Source: Octopus vulgaris (Eukaryota). Taken from it: 64,000 nucleotides of DNA. Position 1 is the stretch's first letter; every line of letters begins with the position of its first letter. The stretch lies in the NCBI GenBank assembly GCA_951406725.2, contig OX597822.1:43090001-43154000 (forward strand), read 5' to 3'. This document shows positions 54,852 to 64,000 of the stretch, piece by piece. A program made the translations under genes and the position numbers. The notes beneath the pieces are model-generated. The model did no database searches, was not told the DNA's origin, and worked only from the letters and a program-made list of their open reading frames with translations.

Positions 54852-55391
54852 GTGTATGTGTGTGTGTTTTGTATGTGTGAGTATGTGTGTGTGCATGTGT
54901 TTATGGTATGTGTGTGAGTATATGTGTTCACCGTATGTGTGTGTACGTGCTTATTGTATGTGTAAATGTGTGTATTGTATGTGTATGTATATGCGTTTAT
55001 GTATGTGTGTATTGTATGTGTGTTTATCGTATTATGTGTATATATATGTGTTTATTGTATGCATGTGTATGTATGTTTATTGCATGTGTGTATGTATGTT
55101 TACTGTATGCGTGTGTACGTGTAATCATCGTATACGTACGCACCTGTTTATAGTACGTGTGTGTATGTGTGCTTATTGTATGTGTGTGTATATGTGTTTA
55201 TTGTATGCATACATATGTATGTTTATTGTATGTGTGTGTATGTGTGTTTATTGCATCTACGTATGTGTGCTTATTCTATTTGTGTGTGTATTTGTTGTAG
55301 TTATGTGTATGTATTTAAGTATGTGTGTGTGTGTTTATTGTAAATGTGTATATGTATTTATGTGTGTGCTTATTATACATGTGTGTATGTG
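54852..55391. repeat. Degenerate GT-rich minisatellite (tgtgt...gtttattgtatg, ~20-24 bp unit)
   Basis: Recurrent ttattg/ttatcg/ttactg interruptions in (TG)n. Confidence 0.75.
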
Positions 55392-55737
55392 AGAGGATTT
55401 AAAATGAGCGTCTATCTAGAAGTGTGTTAACGTGAGTCTGGATGTAAAGACTAATGCTGTTAAGAGTGAGGGTTGATATACGTGTGCGCGTAAAGCGTAA
55501 GCGCTAGCGGGTATAATCATTGTTGCAGACAGGTATGTATAGATCTGTAGAGAGATTGGTGAATTATTAGACACTTATACAGATATATGGACAGGTAAAA
55601 CAAACAGCAATGCTTCATGTACAACTAGACAGACAGATATATGGTTAGATCGTGAAATGTGTGTGTGTTCATGCGTGTGTGTGTTTATGTATGTATGTAT
55701 GTATGTATGTATGTATGTATGTATGTATGTATGTATG

Positions 55738-55790
<53 letters not shown>

Positions 55791-55889
55791 GCACTACATG
55801 CATATAGTGATACACATGTCTATAGATATATAAATATATGTATGTATATATATATGTGTATATGTAAATATATATATATGCATTTATGC

Positions 55890-55971
<82 letters not shown>

Positions 55972-56076
55972 TATGAATGTATGTATATGTATATATATAT
56001 ATGTGTGTGTGTATATGCATATATATATATATATATGCAATATACATACGCACACACACACACACATATATATGTA

Positions 56077-56212
<136 letters not shown>

Positions 56213-57587
56213 TGCATGTATAACATGAATTATGTTTCCGTGTCCATTCGTTTTATCACAATTATATTTCATATTATTGTTCGAAACATGAATATATTTT
56301 ATTATCTCATTTGCTAAGATTCTGTAAACGCAAAAAAATATTATTTTCGTTATATTACAAAATATTAATTTTTATTAGTCTATAATGATCTTCTTGAAAA
56401 TACAATTTATATTTAGCGCACCTGTTTAAAAGTGTCTTGTGTATTTGTTAATATACTCAAGGTTGTCAATGTTAAGATGCGTTGTTTGGTGGGTAGGTAC
56501 GTTATTCTGTTACTTCTGTCCATTCTGTTATAAACGGCAGAGTGCCAGTCTTTCAATTCTTTATTGATAGCGTAAAAGCCGCACTCCGTGCGGACTTTTA
56601 AGCTAGCCTCTGCGGAGGGTTTATGGGTCTGTAGCCCGAAACTGAAGTGAGCTAAAGAGCATGATTATAATACGTTTATAATGGTAGTATTTGATCAGAT
56701 GTTAAGGACGGATGAGAATTAATTATGTAATGCAATTATTCTACTGTTCCAGTCCCAAGTTGAATTCCAGCTGTTGGCCATTTTGTCTCAAAGTTCTTAT
56801 TTCGAGGTAAAATTAACGAAACGGGTGTCATTTATCTCCCCCTTGATCTGTGACGTCATCTGACAAACGCCAACCAAACTTTACCTGTTAGAAATAGCAA
56901 CAAAAAATGCTTTTAAAGCAGATTCCAATGTTGGATGTTCAAGAACCAAATGAAGGGCAGATTTTGATTCCTGGAATCATCCTGATTCCAAAAAGGTATA
57001 ACATATCTATGTAGAGCAAATGTAGACTAAGATACAGGGGCCGAGACGGACAGGCAGAATTTTGCATTTATTATTATATAGAAGGTGTGTGCTTCATGAT
57101 CGGGATGAGTGAAATATAAATTACACCGTTCTTAACACTAAATCTAAGCGGTGGACCTATTCCTAATACCCATACTGTGTTGCTATGTTCACCCCTATCG
57201 TTTGTTTTCCAAATCCCTTTGACAATGATGTATTGTTTTCTTTCTGACATATTTGAAAAACTTACACAGTGACTGAATCTGTTCAATGTATTTTCTATTA
57301 AGGTAATATAAAATGGATTACTGCTGTTTTTTTTCCTGTAGTTGTTACTCTTGGATCGGTTATTATCACATTGGTTTGGATTATGCAGAAGGATTTTATT
57401 GTTATACAACGAGATTATTTTTCTTAATAAGAAAGAATGGAGTATAAATAGTTTTGTTGTTGCTGTCGTAGAATGATACGTGAAGTTTGTTTTCTTTATG
57501 GAAGTACTTATTGATTAAGGATAACAATTCCTGTTGAATGAGGGATTAAACCAGAACAGATTTCTATCTCTGGGTGGAAGAATTTTG

Positions 57588-57643
<56 letters not shown>

Positions 57644-57877
57644 ACACACACACACACACGCACTCACAGACACACACAAGCACACAAATACACATACACA
57701 TATATACACACATGTACATACACACATATACACGCACGCACAAAAATACACATACACATATATACACACATGTAAACACACACACACCCATATATACGCA
57801 CACACTCATATATATACACTATTTATGCATACACACACGCACGCACACAGATACACACACTTATGAAATAAAATATT

Positions 57878-58000
57878 CTTTTCTACTCTAGGCACAAAGG
57901 CCCGAAAGATTGACCCCACTACGCAACTGGTATTTAAGTTACCGACCCCGAAAGGATGAAAGGCAAAGTCGACCTCGGCGGAATTTGAACTCAGAATGTA
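57878..58000 (-). mobile_element. SINE family D fragment (tail type 1)
   Basis: ttctactctaggcaca...gaccccgaaaggatgaaaggcaaagtcgacctcggcggaatttgaactcag. Confidence 0.8.
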
Positions 58001-58024
58001 AATTTATGTTATAATATATTGACA

Positions 58025-58059
58025 TAGTCGACCAGTTTCGCTTGAGCTAATCATGACTA
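58025..58059 (-). ncRNA. Minimal hammerhead variant with A3-U8 core pair
   Basis: tagtc ATGATTA gc-tcaa-gc GAAA ctgg TC gacta. Confidence 0.55.
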
Positions 58060-58900
58060 AGCGATGATGTTACAAATACATGCTATCAAGTTTTCATTCC
58101 TTGTTATGAGAAAGAAAGTTATATGTGCATGTGATGTATTACTTATTGTGGAGAATACGATCCGGGCGCTATTTAAATTACTAACACTCTCTGTTAACAT
58201 ATTTTATTAAAACATTAAGTCCAACAAAAGAGGTTCTTTATTTTTGTTTGATTCTTGAAGACGTTTTTACTGATTTCGTTTTTGATAACGGAAAGCAAAC
58301 TTTGCTGTTGATCATTAGAGGTAGCTGTGGAGTTAGTTGTAATATTTTGACATGTCTGGCGAATATATTCATTATCAAGGTTAGACTTTTGTCAGAAAGA
58401 AAAAAAAAAAAGAAAACAACCTTTTTTTGTGTGTATTGATCAGTAAAACAAAACGAATCAAAACAAGACAATACATAACGAATCTCTCTAAAGAAAAAAC
58501 AACGATTCTTCTCAGTCTTTATTTTAGAATTCTTCGTTTCTTATATTTATTTACTTACGAGTTTATTTATTTATCTTTTATTTATCTATTTATTTAGTTT
58601 GTAAGTGCTTTACTCTGCGAGCTGCATAATTGCATTTACTCTATAAACCCCTTGACTGACATCAGTTTCCGGTTACCGGCCGACTGTTGATTTAATATCA
58701 CGTTCGCTCTTCTATTTCCATAATGGTTTCCGTAAACATTTTTTTTTATTCCGGTTTCTATAGTTATTTCGTTTCTTCTTCCTTCTCAACACATATTTTG
58801 TATTTTGCCATGTTTTCTTTTTCTGAAGGTATGCTTCTATGAATATATAGATCTACATGCGTGATAATGTGCATGCAGGTCTTTCTATGTCTAAATATAT

Positions 58901-58941
<41 letters not shown>

Positions 58942-59337
58942 TATATATATATATATATATTGAAAGGAAATGTGTAGGAATGATTTTATAAAGATGCACT
59001 GCATGGAAGAATGATGTATAAGGCATGTCTTTCACAGACCTATAATACACACAGACCCTCCTCCCACGCTGCGTGCAGACAGAACAATGATAACTCCCAC
59101 CATTACTCATATTGTTCTTACATCTTTGCTTCGTTTAGACAGAGTATTGACTCCTCACCGTGCCATTTATACTGTCCTATCTTGTTTGCGTTGTGCACTT
59201 GATAACCTAGTTTTGAACTGTTGTAACAAGATCAAGAACAACAACAACAACAGCAACAACAGCAACAGCAGCAGTAACAACAACGACGATAACAACAACA
59301 ATAACAACAGCAACAAGAACAACAAAGAGTAATACCG

Positions 59338-59473
59338 GTTTCAGATTTTGGCACAAGGCCAGCAATTTCGGGGTAGGCCCTAAATCGATTGCCTCGACCC
59401 TAGTGTTCAACTGGTACTTATTTTATTGACCCCGACAGAATGAAAAGCAAAGTCGACTCCGGTGGCATTTGAG
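59338..59473 (-). mobile_element. SINE family D fragment
   Basis: ggcacaaggcc...ctggtacttattttattgaccccg...gcaaagtcgac. Confidence 0.7.
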
Positions 59474-59696
59474 GCCTGTTAGAAATGGCTGCTAATCCTA
59501 CCTCTACTTGTTTATTATTATAATATTATAGTGGAGAATGCTACCTTATGGATATGAACATTGAGATCACGTTCAAGAAGCGAGATGAATACGAAGAACG
59601 CCCATTCTAAACTCATCTCGATGGATAGCACAATATGAGAGTAGTGTGTGTGTGTGTGTGTGAACGAGCAGACACAGACACAGATACACATACACA

Positions 59697-59807
<111 letters not shown>

Positions 59808-60002
59808 ACGCACACATACGTATAGTAAGAGGAGGAATATAATATCCAGGCAGATACCGGATTTGTAAAATGCCACGCCTTGTTCCCTTATATGGTGCAT
59901 TTGGTAAACTTCCTTTCGCTCTCATCCGATGTTACAGTTTATTTCGCGGCTATTTTCAGTGTAAAGTACAACACACACACACACACATACACATATGTAT
60001 AT

Positions 60003-60054
<52 letters not shown>

Positions 60055-60229
60055 ATATATATATATGTATATATGTATGTATATATGTATGTATATATAT
60101 ATATGTATATATGTATGTATATATATATATATGTATATATGTATGTATATATATACAGATATAAGAAGAAAAGAAAATAGAGATTGGAAAGTTAATAATT
60201 GATTATTATTAACAAATTGGCCATCTTCA

Positions 60230-60292
<63 letters not shown>

Positions 60293-60313
60293 TATATATA
60301 TAGAGATATATAC

Positions 60314-60360
<47 letters not shown>

Positions 60361-60384
60361 GTATATATATATAGATATATACGA

Positions 60385-60528
60385 CACTCTCTGTCAAATT
60401 CACTCAAAAGTCTTTGGTTGTACCGGAATTACTTACAAGACACTTACCCAAGATGCCACGCAGTGAGAATGAACACAAAACCTCGTAGCTGCAAGGCAGG
60501 TTTGTTAACCGCACAATCATGCCTGCGG
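60385..60528 (-). mobile_element. SINE family C 5' half (old)
   Basis: gacacttacccaagatgccacgcagtg. Confidence 0.6.
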
Positions 60529-60559
60529 TATATATATACATATACATATACATATACAT

Positions 60560-60690
<131 letters not shown>

Positions 60691-60781
60691 CTTATACACA
60701 CAAATATATAAATATATATGTATGTACATATATACACAAATATATCACTAAAGCAAGCATGCTATGTATACTATGTGTATA

Positions 60782-60812
<31 letters not shown>

Positions 60813-60825
60813 ACATATATGTTTG

Positions 60826-60859
<34 letters not shown>

Positions 60860-60931
60860 TGTTTGTATATATATATGTGTATATGTATATGTATATATAT
60901 ATATGTATGTACGTTTGCATGTATATATATA

Positions 60932-60971
<40 letters not shown>

Positions 60972-61411
60972 CACATAGTGCCAGACCAATTATCTGTCAA
61001 TCTTGGAACCGGACGTGTCCCGGATTTAATCATTTTCCGGTTTTCTGGAGACTATTTACTTAAAAAATTAAATAAAACTGAAATGTAAAGATCTAAAATG
61101 TATTTAAGAGATTCTAATTAATACACTTCTAAAGCAAGGTCCGTTTGATATTTATTAATCCACATGAATTTTTAAAAAATATATCACACTGTACTGTGCA
61201 CACAGTATAATGTTAATAAGATGAAAATTAGCGAAGAAATTGAAAGAACATGATTTTATTTAATAAATACAAATTAAGACACTTCTAAAGCAGAGAATCT
61301 TTAATCTTTATTAATCCACATTAAAAAGTAAAGAACAAAACAACTATTTCTAACACGACGTATGGAAATTAACCAATTTTAAAATCACGATCTGTTTACT
61401 CACTACAGGTC

Positions 61412-62058
61412 GCAGTATATTCGTTTCTGCTCCAGGCACAAGGCCTGAAATTTTGGGGGAGGGGACCAGTCGTTTAGATTGACGCCAGTGTGTAACTGGC
61501 TCTTATTTAATCGACCCCGAAAGAATGAAAGGCAATGTCGACCTCGGTGGAATTTGAACTCAGAACGTAGCGGCAGACGAAATACGGCTACGCATTTCGC
61601 CCGGCTTGCTAATGGTTCTGCCAGCTCGCCGCCTTATTGGGCCCAGTATATTACATGATATTACACAGTATTCCCGGATTTCTTGAAGCTAGATAAGCGA
61701 ACCGGTACTGTACAATATACATACACACGTACATATATTTTTTCTACTCTAGGCACAAAACCCGAAAGTTTTGGGAGGAAGGCCAGTCGATTATATCAAC
61801 CCCAGTACGCAACTGGTACTTAGTTTATAGACCCCAAAAGGATCAAAGGCAAAGTCGACCTCGGCAGAATTTGAACTCAGAACGTAACGGCAGACGAAAT
61901 ACCGCTAAGCATTTCGCCCGGCGTGCTAACGTTTCTGCCAGCTCGCCGCCTGATAGGGTGTAGTATATTAAACGATATTACACAGTATTCCAGGATTTCT
62001 TGAAGCTAGATAAGCAGACCAGTATTGTACAATATACATACACACGCACATATATTAC
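61412..62058 (-). mobile_element. Two SINE family D copies (61425-61635, 61738-61950) within a ~320 bp tandem duplication
   Basis: Both SINEs are followed by the same ~95 bp unique flank (gatattacacagtattcc.ggatttcttgaagctagataagc). Confidence 0.85.
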
Positions 62059-62429
62059 ACGGGCGAATGCTTTACTTCGGAATCATAGGCTCTAAGATCA
62101 TGCTTTTCTTATAAAAGATACTTTCTAAGTAGCATCTCGTGCACGTGTCAATTAGCACAGTGGCATCTTGTTTCAGTCCCTTTTACCATAACGTCGCGTT
62201 GACTGAAGTCATGGGAATTAAAATGGGTAAACGGAAACTGTATGGAAGCCCATAGGATAGAATGTACCTGTAAATCAAAGGTGTAATCGTGTTATGAATT
62301 GTGGCACTGATTCTAAAGAGCAATTAGTTCAGTTAGTTGAACAACTATATAGTCATCGTCGAAACCGACGGAGAACCAATTTTAATCGATGAGCTTTTTA
62401 TTATAAATGATTGAAAGTAGGATCTCTAT

Positions 62430-62570
62430 AACCATCTCCATTGAAAACGACAATGCGACAATGGCTAACGTTCAGTTGAAAAGGAAAATCCATCTGCATA
62501 CCAAGACTACAACCGAAAAAAGTTACGTTCTGTGCTTGGTGGGACATGAAGTGTGTCATCTGTCAAGGTT
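62430..62570 (+). mobile_element. Small mariner transposase relic
   Basis: KKVTFCAWWDMKCVI matches the KVMLCVWWD motif. Confidence 0.55.
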
Positions 62571-62914
62571 ATTGATGTTTACAAGTTGAAATATAAAAAA
62601 ATCACACTTCTTGACTAAAATATAGAAATTCTGTTTATAGGCAAAAATATGAAAATTATATTTTCAGTCAAAACAATGTATTTTTTTAATTAATGTCTGA
62701 ATTATTCATTGTTGTGGGCTAAGACATAAATTATCATTAATATATGTAATTTACAAACACACACACACACAGACACTCAGACACACAAACAAATGAATAA
62801 TAAGCAATTAAACAACAGAATGTTTTGAAATAATAGACTATAAGTAATTATCCAATCAAAACTTAACGGACAACTCTACATCATACAACACACAGTAGAT
62901 CGAAGGATAAAAAA

Positions 62915-63000
62915 CCCCCTGAAGAAACTGCACCGATGTTATAGTAAGGCTACAATTCCAACGGTTACTAATCCATGTAATTGAAACACGTGTAGGTCTA
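62915..63000 (+). ncRNA. Hammerhead-like motif
   Basis: cc CTGAAGA aactgca...tgtaatt GAAA cacgtg TA gg; weak stem I. Confidence 0.5.
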
Positions 63001-63008
63001 TTTAAAGC

Positions 63009-63040
<32 letters not shown>

Positions 63041-63099
63041 GAATTAAATATGCCACTTCGTAATAAACCTAATCCTCCTCCTCCTCCTCCTCCCCCTAA

Positions 63100-63512
63100 T
63101 TATTATTATTTATTGTATTTGCAGAGCTTCTAACGCTGGAGATGGTTCGAAGCAGTGCTGTCCGCTGCAAGTGCTCAACCCTTATTGCAGGCCCTATTTG
63201 TTCCACGTACTTTTTTTACTTAATGTTCACAGGGCTCCGATAATTATTGGTACTACTACCACCTTTTTCATCAACCACAACTGCTTAACTTCCCAAGCTA
63301 ACCTGTCATATCTACCGACTTTTCTTTCTTCCTTATCGCATACCTTGTTGTCAGCTGGGCATGCCATATCTATGATTCAACATCATTTGCTTTCTTCCTC
63401 AATAAACAGTGTCTGGCTTCCTATTCTCTATCTCATGGTCACACTGAATCATAAATTCCCATAGGATCTTTGCATTATCATTTTCGATGATGCCTCCGGG
63501 TTAATGCTTATA
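63100..63512 (-). mobile_element. R4-clade LINE 3' end: restriction-like endonuclease domain followed by (TAA)n
   Basis: GIIENDNAKILWEFMIQCDHEIENRKPD...IIDMACPAD...K..RY..L..EVKQLW...VVVPIIIGAL...LQRTALL. Confidence 0.8.
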
Positions 63513-64000
63513 CTACTATTTTGCACTGTCAAGTCCATTCATGTTGAAAAGTGTCCATTGGTGCTCGAGTGTTATGACAGTAAGGAGCAGATTACATTTG
63601 AGGGGTCTGTCCTCTATAGAAGACTTATGGATGGATTGTACCTGTGATTTAAAGAGCCCTGTCTTACTGTCACGCTGATTCCCTTTAAGAATTACATTAA
63701 GAGTTCTTGTGTTTGTGTAGTACTCAATATTCAACCACCTCCTCATTAATTTCATGAGTCTTTTAGCTCAATTGATCAAGTGAGCACTCACCATCGGAAC
63801 TTCTGACCAAAATCCTTTTGTTTAGCGCGCACACGGACACACACAAGTACTCACACATACACATTCACACAGACACACACACACACACATTTATATCGAC
63901 GGTGACTCGGTAGCTTGCTTTTGCTGGTTCTGGGATCTCATGTAACACAAACGGCATTAGACGCAATCTCAGCACCATGCACATATGAACCGGTGGAGCA

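Overview
AT-rich, repeat-saturated eukaryotic non-coding DNA (intergenic or intronic). It is most likely an octopus/cephalopod genome, judging from the very dense (TA)n/(CA)n/(TATG)n/(TATC)n microsatellites and SINE families I associate with Octopus; this is inference, not a database result. No intact host gene is supported, and most ORFs in the track are microsatellite translations. The window holds decayed mobile elements: Tx1-like, RTE-like and R4/Dong-like LINE fragments, several mariner/Tc1 relics (one full-length with TIRs), Helitron ends, a HINE, about five tRNA-derived SINE families and Penelope-like element (PLE) GIY-YIG fragments. The most notable signal is more than a dozen minimal type I hammerhead-ribozyme (HHR) motifs (CUGANGA...GAAA-short palindrome-UH). 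They occur in non-coding 525-545 bp tandem or terminally redundant units, in a tRNA-headed SINE, in inverted pairs and in PLE 3' ends, which suggests a PLE-driven retrozyme-like system with unusual core variants. One SINE also shares its 3' tail with a Tx1 LINE that appears to target (TATC/TCTG)n. All alignments and folds were done by eye, and element boundaries are approximate.
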